Shown: in pieces, positions 1 through 10,634 of the stretch
How the letters are laid out: each line of letters opens with the position of its first letter
Position numbering within the stretch: the stretch's first letter is position 1
Assembly (NCBI GenBank): GCA_947564645.1
Contig: CANOCU010000003.1
Coordinates: 3,934 to 67,933 of the forward strand
Length of the DNA: 64,000 nt
Source of the DNA: an uncultured Lachnospiraceae bacterium
GTDB lineage: Bacteria > Bacillota > Clostridia > Lachnospirales > Lachnospiraceae
Direction of reading: 5' to 3'
Position numbers and translations under genes: made by a program
Notes under the pieces: generated by a model
Database searches by the model: none
What the model was told of the DNA's origin: nothing
The model's input: only the letters and a program-made list of their open reading frames with translations

Positions 1-235
1 GGTATCCCTTATCTCCTACGAGAAGATTGCTTCCGTTTCCCAGAATAAAATATTCTTCCTCTATCTGATGCAGGTAGCGGACCATCTTCGCCAGTTCCTC
101 TTCCCGATGGATCATGATCAGGCACTCCGCCTCTCCACCCACCCGGAAAGTGGTGTATCTGCTCATCGGTTCATGAAATAAGATCCGCTCTTTTGGAATC
201 ACCGTTTTCATATAGTCATACATCGACGCGCTCAC
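1..235 (-). CDS. murB: UDP-N-acetylmuramate dehydrogenase, N-terminal part (runs off window edge)
   Basis: Manual translation, not in the ORF track: (V)SASMYDYMKTVIPKERILFHEPMSRYTTFRVGGEAEC...FILGNGSNLLVGDKGY. The TTFRVGG and GNGSNLL motifs are typical of MurB. Start is GTG at 235 or ATG at 223. Confidence 0.85.
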   Translation of the reverse strand, partial: MSASMYDYMKTVIPKERILFHEPMSRYTTFRVGGEAECLIMIHREEELAKMVRYLHQIEEEYFILGNGSNLLVGDKGY

Positions 236-430
236 TATCTATCCATCCCGTCCATTTCTCAAATCTACCGCCATGACTGACAACTTTGGAAGTCCCATCT
301 GCTATGTCGTTCCCTATCATTATTCATATTCCGGCACAGCCCTGAGTATTCAAACGAACTGTGCCTGTTTCTCTGCCTTCCTAAATAGAATCCCTGCTTT
401 ATCTTAAAATATGTATTTATCCTCTATTCT

Positions 431-1369
431 TTATTCCAGTACAAGCTTCGCCGCGCCGTAGATGCCCGCGTCGTTGCCCAGTGTGGCAAGTACGAATTTC
501 GTGTCCCTGCAGCCATGGAATACTGTGCGCTCGAAAGGCGGACGAATATAGTCAAACAACACCTCCCCGGCCTTGGAAACGCCGCCGCCGATCACAAATA
601 CTTCCGGATTGACAACGCCCGCGATCACGCCCAGGCCCTTGCCCAGGTATTCTCCGAACTGTTTCGCCACCTCGATAGCCAGCTCGTCTCCGGCCTTGAC
701 CGCATCGAATACCGTCTTGGCGGACACTTCGCCCTGCCGCAGTACGCTGTCCTTATCACAGGCTTTCAGCTTCCTGTTGGCCAGTCTGGTAATACCGGTA
801 GCGGAAGCATATTCTTCCAGGCAGCCGAAATTGCCGCAGCCGCATTCTTCCGTCTCATTGTCCTCCACATGGATATGACCGATCTCACCGCCCGAACCAT
901 TGCACCCATTCACGACTCTGCCGTTGATGATAATACCGCCGCCGACACCGGTTCCCAACGTAACCGCCACCAGAGACTTATATCCCTGGCCGCCGCCCTT
1001 CCACATCTCTCCCAGCGCAGCCACGTTGGCATCGTTGCCGCCTTCCACATGCATACCGCCGAGAAGATCCGACAGCTCTTTCTTCAGATCCATCTCAGGC
1101 CAGCCCAGATTCACTGCCTCATGGATGATACCGTTATCGTCCACCGGACCGGGCGCCCCGATGCCCACGCCTGCCACGTCGTCTTTCGCGATGGCCTTCT
1201 CTTCCATCTTAGCCTGTACGCTGGCCGCCACATCGGGCAGGATCTGAACGCCGCCGTTCTCCGTCCTGGTGGGGATCTCCCACTTATCCAACAGATTGCC
1301 GCTGATGTCAAACAGCCCCAGCTTCACGGTCGTTCCGCCTACATCCACTCCGAATACATAATTTGCCAT
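431..1369 (-). CDS. glcK: ROK-family glucokinase
   Basis: GVDVGGT ATP-binding motif, NDANVAALGE, TLGTGVGGG, and the Zn motif GEIGH...CGCGNFGCLE. Confidence 0.9.
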   Translation of the reverse strand: MANYVFGVDVGGTTVKLGLFDISGNLLDKWEIPTRTENGGVQILPDVAASVQAKMEEKAIAKDDVAGVGIGAPGPVDDNGIIHEAVNLGWPEMDLKKELSDLLGGMHVEGGNDANVAALGEMWKGGGQGYKSLVAVTLGTGVGGGIIINGRVVNGCNGSGGEIGHIHVEDNETEECGCGNFGCLEEYASATGITRLANRKLKACDKDSVLRQGEVSAKTVFDAVKAGDELAIEVAKQFGEYLGKGLGVIAGVVNPEVFVIGGGVSKAGEVLFDYIRPPFERTVFHGCRDTKFVLATLGNDAGIYGAAKLVLE

Positions 1370-1438
1370 GTTTCTTGTCCCCCTTGTTTGTAGTTTGTAT
1401 TTTGATGGTTTCTATTGTTAGCGATATTAGAAATCCCG

Positions 1439-2380
1439 CTAATTCTGTTCTTCTTCCCGTCTGGCAGCCAGAGACTTCTGTACGCGTTTATACAGCTCCT
1501 GTGCCGCGTTATAACCCATTTTCTTCTGACGATGGTTTACCGCCGCCGACTCGCAGATGATGGCCAGATTCCGGCCTGGCCTGATGGGGATGTTGTGACA
1601 CACCACCTTGTTGCCCAGATACTCGGTATACTCCTCCTCCAGACCGAGACGGTCATATTCTTTGTCCTTATCCCAGTCCTCCAAGCGGATGACCAGATCA
1701 ATATTCTGCGTATCCCTGACACTGGACGCACCGAACAGCGATTTCACATCCACAATACCGATCCCCCGCAGTTCGATAAAGTGCTTCGTGATATCCGGCG
1801 CGCTGCCCACCAGCGTATCCTCGCTGACTCTTCGGATCTCCACCACATCGTCCGTGACAAGACGATGTCCTCTCTTGATCAGCTCCAGAGCCGCCTCCGA
1901 TTTACCGATGCCGCTCTCGCCCGTGATCAGCACGCCCTCGCCGTACACATCCACCAGAACGCCGTGTACGGAAATGCAGGGCGCCAGCTTCACATTCAGC
2001 CAGCGGATCACTTCCGCCATGCAGGCCGAAGTGGCTTTCTTACTCATCAGGATCGGCACGCCGTATTTCACCGCAATCTCCCGAAACAACGGATTGGGCT
2101 GTAACTCCCTGCAGAACAGGACGCCTGGAATGGGGTTGTTGAGCAGCTTCTCGAAGATCTCCCGCTGCCGCTCCTCTTCCATGCAGTTCATATAAGAATA
2201 TTCCACAAATCCCACGATCTGCAGCCTTGTCGTCTCAAAATGTTCGAAATACCCCGCGATCTGCAAAGCCGGCCTGTTGATATCCGGCTGGATCACGCTG
2301 ATCTTGGAAATATCAATCTCCGGCGTCAGATTCTCCCATTTGAATTTCTCGATAACCTTCGTCAAACTGATGCTCGCCAT
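1439..2380 (-). CDS. hprK: HPr(Ser) kinase/phosphorylase
   Basis: INRPALQIAG, HGVLVDVYGEGVLITGESGIGKSE, LVTDD, HFIELRGIGI. Start refined to MASISL (ATG 2380) after an AAGGAGAGG RBS; the ORF track starts at 2422. Confidence 0.95.
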   Translation of the reverse strand: MASISLTKVIEKFKWENLTPEIDISKISVIQPDINRPALQIAGYFEHFETTRLQIVGFVEYSYMNCMEEERQREIFEKLLNNPIPGVLFCRELQPNPLFREIAVKYGVPILMSKKATSACMAEVIRWLNVKLAPCISVHGVLVDVYGEGVLITGESGIGKSEAALELIKRGHRLVTDDVVEIRRVSEDTLVGSAPDITKHFIELRGIGIVDVKSLFGASSVRDTQNIDLVIRLEDWDKDKEYDRLGLEEEYTEYLGNKVVCHNIPIRPGRNLAIICESAAVNHRQKKMGYNAAQELYKRVQKSLAARREEEQN

Positions 2381-2486
2381 AACCCTCTCCTTACCTCCCG
2401 TATCCTGTCTTGCCGTTCTCATACCGATTCCGTACCGCTCACATGCGCCGAACGGGAATGCCTCGATACAGATGCGGCTTCCTGTC

Positions 2487-3824
2487 CTATTTTACCATAC
2501 AAACAGAAGGTTCGCAATGAACAGAATCTGCAAGGCAGAATGCCGCATACAAGGGCAGCGCTTCCACAGAGTCCGTGCAGTAGAAATTTTCCTCCGAAAA
2601 CCGGATCGCCCGGTCCGGCTTATATTGCCGTATAAAAATGCCAAGGCTCCTTGATCTGTTATGCGTACCACGCTTGCTCTCGATCGCCGTCACATTTCCG
2701 TTGATCTGGATTACAAAATCCAGTTCTGCCTGACTGCTCTCAGGCGCCCAATAATATATGCCGTACCCCATCGATACCAATTGCACGGCCAGATAGTTCT
2801 CTGTCACGGCTCCCATAAAGGTATTCCCCTCCCCCAAAAGGATCGTCTGCTGCGACAAGCCCGATTGCGCCACCAAAAGCCCCACATCACCCATATATAA
2901 TTTAAAGGAAGAGAGATCTTCATAGACAGAGATCGGCTCCTCCCCATGCAGGATCCTCCTGCATTTGAGGACAATACCAGACTGCTCCAGCCACTCGATG
3001 GATGCGCCGAACATGGAACTGCTGGCTCCTCTCTGCACCACCTTATACTGAAATTTCCTGTTGTCCTTGGCCAACTGGGCAGGAATGGAGTGAAAAGCCG
3101 CCCGGATCCTGACCGTTTCCTCCGCGGACGCATACTTCGCCATATCCGCCACATAATTGCCCAGAATTTCATGCTGCACGTTTGGCACAAGCACCAGCTT
3201 GCCCCGGTTCACATACTCATTGACTACGGCCGGCATACCACCCACGATCAGATAATAATGATATAACTCCAATGCCTTCTCATGCAAAGCGGCCACCAAC
3301 GGACTGTGTTCCTTATAACAGGTCCTTATCTCCCCGGCCAGTGCCTGCTCTCCCACCGCCCACAGAAATTCTTCAAAGTCCAATGGATACAAAGACAGGC
3401 TCTTCACCTTTCCTACCGGAAAAGAATACTGCTGCCTGTTGATCGCCACGCCCAACAGGCTTCCGGCCGATACGATGTGATATTCCGGCGCCTGTTCACA
3501 AAAGTATTTCAAACTTGTCAGTGCTCTCTCACAAGACTGGATCTCATCCAGAAATAAGAGCGTTCTCCCGGGATGGATCTCTTCTCCGACGATCGCCTCC
3601 AACAGTGTAAGAATCCGTCCCGGCACAATATCACTCTCAAAGACAGACGCCACGGAACGATTCGTCTCCAGATTGACATAGACCACGTTCTCATAATTCT
3701 TTTCTCCGAAATCCATGAGAATAAACGTCTTGCCTACCTGCCTCGCGCCATAGAGCAGCAGAGGCATACGCCCCGCACTTTCCTTTTTCCATTGCAGCAA
3801 CTGATCTTCTATTTTTCTCCGCAT
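2487..3824 (-). CDS. AAA+ ATPase with C-terminal DUF4143-type domain
   Basis: Walker A GARQVGKT, Walker B LFLDEIQ, SAGSLLG, GGMPAVV, KLYMGDVGLL, and a C-terminal ELDFVI...AIESK nuclease-like motif. Confidence 0.85.
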   Translation of the reverse strand: MRRKIEDQLLQWKKESAGRMPLLLYGARQVGKTFILMDFGEKNYENVVYVNLETNRSVASVFESDIVPGRILTLLEAIVGEEIHPGRTLLFLDEIQSCERALTSLKYFCEQAPEYHIVSAGSLLGVAINRQQYSFPVGKVKSLSLYPLDFEEFLWAVGEQALAGEIRTCYKEHSPLVAALHEKALELYHYYLIVGGMPAVVNEYVNRGKLVLVPNVQHEILGNYVADMAKYASAEETVRIRAAFHSIPAQLAKDNRKFQYKVVQRGASSSMFGASIEWLEQSGIVLKCRRILHGEEPISVYEDLSSFKLYMGDVGLLVAQSGLSQQTILLGEGNTFMGAVTENYLAVQLVSMGYGIYYWAPESSQAELDFVIQINGNVTAIESKRGTHNRSRSLGIFIRQYKPDRAIRFSEENFYCTDSVEALPLYAAFCLADSVHCEPSVCMVK

Positions 3825-3971
3825 GATATCACCTCACAGCACAGGTTGCTTGATTCTTCATCCCCTTTTATCTTGATGATATCATCGTATGAACTTTAAG
3901 TCAACTTTATTCATCCCATACATTATTTTTTTCGACTTAATTATCATTGCACAATCTCTTTTACAAAGCTC

Positions 3972-5864
3972 TCACGACATTGGCTGTGTCTCCTCCTGCT
4001 CTCCGTCCGCCCGGAAGAACGCATGGATCTGTCGTCCGATATGCTCCGGTATCTCCGGCACCTCGCACAGCTGTTCCACCGACGCTTCCCGAACCTCATT
4101 GATGGAACCGAAATGCCGCATCAACGCCTTGCGTCTGGCCGGCCCCACGCCGGGAATCTCGTCCAGCACGGACTTCACCTGCGCCTTGGAGCGCAGCGAC
4201 CGGTGGTATTCGATGGCAAAGCGATGTGCTTCATCCTGAATCCGGGTGATCAGCTTAAACCCTTCCGAGTGGGTATCGATGGGAATCTCCACATTCCGGT
4301 AATAGAGTCCCCTGGTACGATGATTGTCGTCCTTGACCATACCGCAGACAGGAATATCCAGATGCAGCTCTTCCAACACCTGCAGCGCGATATTGACCTG
4401 TCCCCGTCCGCCGTCCATCATCAGGAGATCCGGAAACTTCGTGAAGCTTCCAAGCTCATGCCCGATCTCCTTCCTGTCCAGTTCTTCCTTCTCCTCCATC
4501 CCGTGCAGGAACCGTCTGGTCAGCACCTCCTTCATGCAGGCATAATCATCCGGCCCGGTCACTGACTGAATGCGGAATTTGCGATAATCGCTGCGCTTGG
4601 CCTTCCCCTTCTCGAAGACCACCATAGAACCGACATTGGCAAAACCGCTGATATTGGAGATGTCAAAGGCCTCCATGCGGCTCACGTGTTCCAGCTTAAG
4701 CAGGGCCGCGATCTCCTTCACTGCGCCGATGGTCCGCCCCTCCTCCCGCTTGATCCGCTCCTTATCCTGGCTGAGTACCAGATGTGCGTTCTGGGCCGCA
4801 AGTTCCACAAGCTTCTCCTTGGCCCCCTTCTTCGGCACCCGCAGATAGACCCGGCTGCCCTTGCGGCTGCTGAGCCACTTTTCCAGGATCTCCAGATCCG
4901 CGATCTCCTCCTGCAGCATCAGTTCCCGCGGGATAAACGGCGTGCCCGCGTAAAACTGTTTCACGAAATCAAGCAGGATCTGCGCCGTGTCATACCCTTC
5001 CACATGGGTCATATAGAAGTGTTCCCTGCCGATCAGCTTGCCGTCCCGCACGAAAAAGACCTGCACCACGGCATCCGTCTCGTCCTTGGCCAGTGCCAGG
5101 ATATCCTTGTCCTCCCCGTTGCTGTCCGTGATCTTCTGCTTCTGTGCCACACTTTTTACACTGTTATAGAGGTCTCTGTAGCGGATGGCCTCCTCGAACT
5201 CCAGGTTCCCGGAAGCCTGCGCCATTTTATCTTCCAGATCTTTTAACAGCGGATTATAATTACCGTTCAGGAAATCCAGCGCCTGCTCCACACGCTCCCG
5301 ATACGCCTCCTTGCCGATATATCCCTGGCAGGGCGCCAGGCACTGCTTGATATGATAATTCAGGCAGGGACGTTCCAGACCGATATCCCGTGGAAGCTTT
5401 CGATTGCATGTCTTCAACTGATACAGCTTGTTCATCAGGTCGATCGTATCCTTCACCGCCGCCGCGCTGGTATACGGGCCGAAATACTTCGAGCGGTCTT
5501 TTTTCATCTCTCTGGAAAAAAGGATCCGCGGGTATTCTTCCCCCATGGTGACCTTGATATAAGGGTACGTCTTGTCGTCCTTGAGCATCGTGTTGTATTT
5601 CGGGCTGTACTCCTTAATCAGGTTATTCTCCAGGACCAGCGCTTCCAGTTCGGAATCGGTCACGATATATTCAAAACGGGCGATCTGCTCCACCATCTTA
5701 TCGATCTGCGGCCCCCTCCCCACGATCTTGCGGAAATAGGAGCGCACCCGGCTGTGCAGGTTGACCGCCTTTCCCACATAGATAATGGTATCCCCCGCAT
5801 CATGCATCAGATAAACGCCGGGAGAATTCGGTAATTTCTTCAGTTCTTCTTCAAAATTAAACAT
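3972..5864 (-). CDS. uvrC: Excinuclease ABC subunit C
   Basis: GIY-YIG N-terminus (PGVYLM...YVGKA), UVR domain, EAFDISN RNaseH-like domain, [10 protein letters not shown], and C-terminal HhH ([10 protein letters not shown]). Confidence 0.97.
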   Translation of the reverse strand: MFNFEEELKKLPNSPGVYLMHDAGDTIIYVGKAVNLHSRVRSYFRKIVGRGPQIDKMVEQIARFEYIVTDSELEALVLENNLIKEYSPKYNTMLKDDKTYPYIKVTMGEEYPRILFSREMKKDRSKYFGPYTSAAAVKDTIDLMNKLYQLKTCNRKLPRDIGLERPCLNYHIKQCLAPCQGYIGKEAYRERVEQALDFLNGNYNPLLKDLEDKMAQASGNLEFEEAIRYRDLYNSVKSVAQKQKITDSNGEDKDILALAKDETDAVVQVFFVRDGKLIGREHFYMTHVEGYDTAQILLDFVKQFYAGTPFIPRELMLQEEIADLEILEKWLSSRKGSRVYLRVPKKGAKEKLVELAAQNAHLVLSQDKERIKREEGRTIGAVKEIAALLKLEHVSRMEAFDISNISGFANVGSMVVFEKGKAKRSDYRKFRIQSVTGPDDYACMKEVLTRRFLHGMEEKEELDRKEIGHELGSFTKFPDLLMMDGGRGQVNIALQVLEELHLDIPVCGMVKDDNHRTRGLYYRNVEIPIDTHSEGFKLITRIQDEAHRFAIEYHRSLRSKAQVKSVLDEIPGVGPARRKALMRHFGSINEVREASVEQLCEVPEIPEHIGRQIHAFFRADGEQEETQPMS

Positions 5865-6037
5865 GGCATGATTTCCTGACTTGATCTGTTTTTGAAAAGT
5901 TCTGCCCGAGCACAGAAACCTCTCTGAAAAGATAAGGCAAAGTCAGCTGCTGATATGACTTTGCCTCTTCCTGATTCCACCTGCTTTTGCTATGCCGTAC
6001 ACCGTAGTAATGCAAGCCGGTCCGGCTGCTTCCTGTC

Positions 6038-8473
6038 TCAGCGCTTGTGGTCGTCCCGCGGCTCGGGCGCCTGGGAAAATACGCCCCGGTTCTCCGGACG
6101 CGGCTGATGAGGCGGCGTCCACGGCTGCTCCGGTTCCTTCTGCGGCTGCGCAGCCGGTTCCTGCGATCCCGGTCCTGCCGGCTGCTGCGGTCCATGTTCC
6201 GTTCCCATCGGCTGCCCCTGCCGCACAGTGTTCGGAGCTGCTGCCGGCTGATCTGCCGACTCTTCTTGCAGACCCTGCGGAGGATTCTGCATGGGCGGCA
6301 GCGGGTTCCGGTTCTGCACCGGATTCTGCGCAGGCGATGCCGGATTCCAATCCTGCACCGGATTCTGCGCGGTCGGCGCCGGATTCCAGTTCTGCGCCTG
6401 CTGACCGGATACCGGCCGCTCGCTCATGGCCGGAGCATCTGCCACCTTGTTCTGCCTGGCCGACGCCGTATCCTTGCCATCCTTCCCGTCCTTGCCGTTC
6501 TCTCCTTCTTCCTCTTCCGGTTCCGGAATCCCCTTTTCCTTACGATAGATCTTCATAAATTCCTTACCGGTGATGGTCTCTTTCTCGATCAGATGCGCCG
6601 CCAGCTTATCCATGATCTCACGGTTTTCCTTGAGCAGCTTCTTCGCCTGCTTGTAACTGTCACGCAGCATCTTCATCACTTCCGTATCGATATCCGCCGC
6701 CGTCACGTCGGAACAGGTCAGGGAAGCCCTGCCGTCCAGATACTGGCTCTCCACCGTAGCCAGCCCCATCAGGCCGAATTTCTTGCTCATACCGAAACGG
6801 GTGATCATGTTGCGGGCAATGCTCGTCGCCTGCTCAATATCGTTGGCCGCACCCGTGGTGACCGTGTCAAAGACGATCTCCTCCGCCGCCCGGCCGCCCA
6901 GAAGCCCTACCAGGCGCTCCCGCAGTTCCGCTTCCGTGTTCAGATATTTCTCTTCCTCCGGCACATGCATGACATAGCCAAGCGCCCCCATGGTCCTGGG
7001 CACGATGGTAATCTTCTGCACCGGCTCCGAATTCTTCTGCAATGCGCTTACCAGCGCATGACCCACTTCATGATAGGATACGATCTTGCGCTCCTCCTTG
7101 CTCATAATGCGGTCTTTCTTCTCTTTCCCGACAAGCACCTGCTCCACCGCGTCGAACAGATCCTTCTGGTTCACATACTCTCTGCCCGTCTTAACGGCAT
7201 TGATGGCCGCTTCATTAATCATATTCGCCAGATCGGAGCCCACCGCGCCGGAAGTCGCCAGCGCAATCTCATTCAGATCCACCGTCTCATCCATCCGCAC
7301 ATCCTTGGCATGCACTTTCAGGATCTCCACTCGGCCCTTTAAGTCCGGCTTATCCACAATGATCCGGCGGTCAAAACGGCCCGGACGCAGAAGCGCCTTA
7401 TCCAGGATCTCCGGCCTGTTGGTAGCCGCCAGGATGATGATCCCTTTCTTGCCGTCAAAACCGTCCATCTCGGACAGCAGCTGGTTCAGTGTCTGTTCCC
7501 GCTCCTCGTTACCGCCGCCGTATTTGGAATCCCTGCTGCGGCCGATGGCATCGATCTCGTCGATAAACACGATACAGGGAGCATTCTTCTCCGCCTCTTT
7601 AAACAGGTCGCGCACGCGGGATGCACCCACGCCTACGTATAATTCGATAAAGTCCGAACCTGACAGGGAGAAAAAGGGCACATGCGCCTCTCCCGCCACC
7701 GCCTTGGCAAGCAGCGTCTTACCGGTACCGGGCGGCCCCACCAAAAGCGCACCCTTCGGCAGTCTGGCGCCGATCTTGGAATATTTGCCAGGATTATGAA
7801 GGAAATCCACGACTTCCACCAGAGACTCTTTGGCCTCGTCCTCGCCGGCCACATCCTTGAATGTGATGCCGGTCTCCTTCTGCACATAAGCCTTGGCAGT
7901 GCTCTTGCCCACGCCCATGGGGCCGCCCTTGCCGCCCATGCGCCGAAACAACAGGCTCATCAATCCCCACATCAGGAGGATGGGCAGAACATAATAGAGC
8001 AGCACCGTCATGATGATGCTTGAACTGTCGGAAGTCGGTTTCTTGATCTCGATATTTTTCTCCAGAAGACGCTTCGTCAGCGTATCATCGTCTTCCATCT
8101 TGCCCGTATAATAGGTCATCGTCCCCAAACCGTAACCATAGGCAAAAGGCGATTTGTTCTCCGCCTCTTTCGGATAGATCACTACCCGGTCGGATTCCAC
8201 CGTAACGCTCTCGATCTGTTCCTTAGCAATCATATCGATAAAAGCGTTATAGGAGATCTCCTGATTCGTAGCGCCGGTCATCATCTTCATAAACATACTG
8301 ATGCATAACAGGGTGACGATCGCCGCCACCGCCAGCATGATCAGACTCTGCTTGCGCGGATCGTTGCCGCTGCCGCCCGGACCTCCGGGTCCTGGGCCGC
8401 CCGGTCCCCCGGAGCCGCCGTTACCTCCCGGGCCTCCCGGCCCGCCTTCGTATTGATTTAAATTATCATCCAT
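6038..8473 (-). CDS. ftsH: ATP-dependent Zn metalloprotease FtsH with Gly/Pro N-tail and Pro/Gln-rich C-tail
   Basis: Two TM segments, [18 protein letters not shown] ([19 protein letters not shown]), HEVGH Zn motif. Confidence 0.97.
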   Translation of the reverse strand: MDDNLNQYEGGPGGPGGNGGSGGPGGPGPGGPGGSGNDPRKQSLIMLAVAAIVTLLCISMFMKMMTGATNQEISYNAFIDMIAKEQIESVTVESDRVVIYPKEAENKSPFAYGYGLGTMTYYTGKMEDDDTLTKRLLEKNIEIKKPTSDSSSIIMTVLLYYVLPILLMWGLMSLLFRRMGGKGGPMGVGKSTAKAYVQKETGITFKDVAGEDEAKESLVEVVDFLHNPGKYSKIGARLPKGALLVGPPGTGKTLLAKAVAGEAHVPFFSLSGSDFIELYVGVGASRVRDLFKEAEKNAPCIVFIDEIDAIGRSRDSKYGGGNEEREQTLNQLLSEMDGFDGKKGIIILAATNRPEILDKALLRPGRFDRRIIVDKPDLKGRVEILKVHAKDVRMDETVDLNEIALATSGAVGSDLANMINEAAINAVKTGREYVNQKDLFDAVEQVLVGKEKKDRIMSKEERKIVSYHEVGHALVSALQKNSEPVQKITIVPRTMGALGYVMHVPEEEKYLNTEAELRERLVGLLGGRAAEEIVFDTVTTGAANDIEQATSIARNMITRFGMSKKFGLMGLATVESQYLDGRASLTCSDVTAADIDTEVMKMLRDSYKQAKKLLKENREIMDKLAAHLIEKETITGKEFMKIYRKEKGIPEPEEEEGENGKDGKDGKDTASARQNKVADAPAMSERPVSGQQAQNWNPAPTAQNPVQDWNPASPAQNPVQNRNPLPPMQNPPQGLQEESADQPAAAPNTVRQGQPMGTEHGPQQPAGPGSQEPAAQPQKEPEQPWTPPHQPRPENRGVFSQAPEPRDDHKR
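6301..6400 (-). repeat. 39-bp (13-aa) tandem repeat, about 3 copies, in the FtsH C-tail
   Basis: [13 protein letters not shown] / [13 protein letters not shown] / [13 protein letters not shown]; CTGCACCGGATTCTGCGC occurs at 6314 and 6353. Confidence 0.85.
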
Positions 8474-8523
8474 GAGGAATCCTCACTTTCTCTTTTCACT
8501 CTTAAAATTTTCTCCCTCTATAA

Positions 8524-8552
8524 AATATAAGATACACGCAATCATAAATCAA
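8524..8552 (-). promoter_or_regulatory. Putative sigma-A promoter of ftsH
   Basis: TTGATT-17 bp-TATATT on the minus strand, about 50 bp upstream of the ftsH start. Confidence 0.55.
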
Positions 8553-8675
8553 TAAGAGAATTATGAATTCGCGGACACAACTATTAAAGAATTATAAAAT
8601 TTATTTACAAATTTAGCAAGATTTGCCGGCGATTTTCTCATCAAAGCACTTAGCCTTATAAACCAACCGCCCTTA

Positions 8676-8704
8676 TTGCTATTATTCCGGGAATCAAGTA
8701 TAAT
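8676..8704 (+). promoter_or_regulatory. Putative sigma-A promoter upstream of the pyrG leader
   Basis: TTGCTA-17 bp-TATAAT. Confidence 0.65.
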
Positions 8705-8710
8705 GATGGC

Positions 8711-8870
8711 ATATTGAAGAACTTGTGGCTATTAATACGGCGACGCAATCGTGGAACTCGCCCTTGAAAAGAAGAACATCTTCGGAAATAGCGCCAATTT
8801 ATATAATCCGGATTTAATGAAGGAAATCATTATCAATATCAGAAGCGGTTTCACAAATTTCAAGTTCTCA
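8711..8870 (+). ncRNA. Candidate structured leader or sRNA upstream of pyrG (no family recognised)
   Basis: Nested complementary segments: 8718-25/8861-68, 8728-33/8787-92, 8739-43/8758-62, 8771-75/8779-83, 8816-20/8827-31. No ORF of 60 aa or more. Confidence 0.3.
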
Positions 8871-8954
8871 GTAGATTTTTCCGTTCCTTCCATTGTATAA
8901 TGTTTTTATATTTTTACAAAAAGCAGGACACCATATTCAGATTCACAGAAAGGC

Positions 8955-10580
8955 ATGGACAAAAGAATGGCAGTAAAATATGTATTCGTAACAGGCGGTG
9001 TTGTCTCCGGTCTCGGTAAGGGCATCACGGCTGCTTCTTTAGGAAGACTACTAAAGGCACGGGGCTATAAAGTCACGATGCAGAAATTCGATCCCTATAT
9101 CAACATCGACCCGGGTACCATGAATCCCATCCAGCACGGTGAAGTGTTTGTCACGGAGGACGGCACGGAGACGGATCTGGATCTTGGGCATTATGAGCGT
9201 TTCATCGATGAGAATCTGGGCAAGAACTCCAACGTAACCACCGGCAAGGTCTACTGGTCCGTCCTGCAGAAGGAGCGCCGCGGTGATTACGGCGGCGGCA
9301 CGGTACAGGTGATTCCGCATATCACGAACGAGATCAAAAGCCGTTTCTACCGCAATTTTACCGATGAGGATACCCGGATCGCCATTATCGAGGTGGGCGG
9401 CACGGTAGGTGACATCGAGAGCCAGCCTTTCCTGGAATCCATCCGTCAGTTCCAGCACGAAGTGGGCCGGGACAATGCGATCCTAATCCATGTGACGCTG
9501 ATCCCTTACCTGAGCGCTTCCCAGGAGATGAAAACCAAGCCTACCCAGGCTAGCGTCAAGGAACTGCAGGGTATGGGAATCCAGCCGGATATCATCGTCT
9601 GCCGCAGCGAACATCCGTTAGACCAGGGGTTGCGTGACAAGATCGCCCTGTTCTGTAACGTGCCCAGCAACCGGGTCCTGCAGAATCTGGATGTGGAACA
9701 TCTGTATGAGGCGCCTCTTGCCATGGAAAAAGAACATCTGGCCCAAGTGGCGTGCGAATGCCTGAAGCTGGACTGTCCGGAACCGGATCTGACAGACTGG
9801 ACGGCCATGGTGGAATCTCTCAGGGCGCCCACCGGCGAAGTGACCGTTGCCCTGGTCGGTAAGTATACGCAGCTACACGACGCCTATATCAGTGTGGTGG
9901 AAGCCCTGAAACACGGCGGTATCTCCAATCACTGTGTGGTAAATATCCGCTGGGTAGATTCCGAGACGGTGACAGCGGACAATGTAGAAGAACTGTTATC
10001 AGGTGTAAACGGCGTACTGGTGCCGGGCGGTTTCGGTGACAGAGGTATCGATGGCAAGATCTACGCCATCACCTACGCGAGAACGAACAAGATTCCTTTC
10101 CTCGGTCTCTGTCTCGGTATGCAGCTGGCAATCGTGGAATTTGCAAGAAATGTGCTTGCATACAATGATGCCCACAGTATAGAGTTGAATCCATCCACCA
10201 CCCATCCGGTCATCGCCCTGATGCCGGACCAGAACGGTATTGAGGATATCGGCGGTACTCTGCGTCTTGGTTCCTATCCCTGTGTGCTGGACAAGACTTC
10301 ACGCGCCTATGCACTGTACGGCGAAGAGACGATCCATGAGCGGCATAGACACCGTTATGAGGTCAACAACGATTACCGTGCGGTACTCACAGAGAAGGGC
10401 ATGAAGCTGTCGGGACTTTCTCCCGATGGCCGCATCGTAGAGATGTGCGAACTGCCGGAGCATCCGTTCTTTATCGCGACCCAGGCACATCCGGAACTGA
10501 AGTCAAGGCCCAACAGGCCACATCCGTTATTTAAGGGCTTTGTGGAAGCTGCCCTGCAGAACAAAAACGGACAGGATTGA
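8955..10580 (+). CDS. pyrG: CTP synthase
   Basis: [32 protein letters not shown], and a glutaminase domain with GLCLGMQ and HPE. Confidence 0.98.
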   Translation: MDKRMAVKYVFVTGGVVSGLGKGITAASLGRLLKARGYKVTMQKFDPYINIDPGTMNPIQHGEVFVTEDGTETDLDLGHYERFIDENLGKNSNVTTGKVYWSVLQKERRGDYGGGTVQVIPHITNEIKSRFYRNFTDEDTRIAIIEVGGTVGDIESQPFLESIRQFQHEVGRDNAILIHVTLIPYLSASQEMKTKPTQASVKELQGMGIQPDIIVCRSEHPLDQGLRDKIALFCNVPSNRVLQNLDVEHLYEAPLAMEKEHLAQVACECLKLDCPEPDLTDWTAMVESLRAPTGEVTVALVGKYTQLHDAYISVVEALKHGGISNHCVVNIRWVDSETVTADNVEELLSGVNGVLVPGGFGDRGIDGKIYAITYARTNKIPFLGLCLGMQLAIVEFARNVLAYNDAHSIELNPSTTHPVIALMPDQNGIEDIGGTLRLGSYPCVLDKTSRAYALYGEETIHERHRHRYEVNNDYRAVLTEKGMKLSGLSPDGRIVEMCELPEHPFFIATQAHPELKSRPNRPHPLFKGFVEAALQNKNGQD

Positions 10581-10607
10581 CCTGTCCATTAAACCCACGT
10601 ATCAAAA

Positions 10608-10633
10608 GAGCTGTGGCAATCCTGCCACAGCTC
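10608..10633. terminator. Hairpin terminator between the convergent pyrG and histidine kinase genes
   Basis: GAGCTGTGGCA-ATCC-TGCCACAGCTC perfect 11-bp stem; T-run follows on the minus strand. Confidence 0.75.
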
Positions 10634-10634
10634 A

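Noticed and set aside
5857-6558. Ala/Pro/Arg-rich ORFs in alternative frames over the ftsH tail
   Set aside because: By-products of the 39-bp repeat and low-complexity DNA; no RBS or domain evidence.
6047-7342. 431-aa plus-strand ORF antisense to ftsH (and similar long shadow ORFs at 515-1393, 19818-20867, 28475-29638, 38034-39411)
   Set aside because: They overlap well-supported genes, have Arg/His/Pro-rich non-protein-like composition and no motifs; this is expected from GC-rich codon usage.
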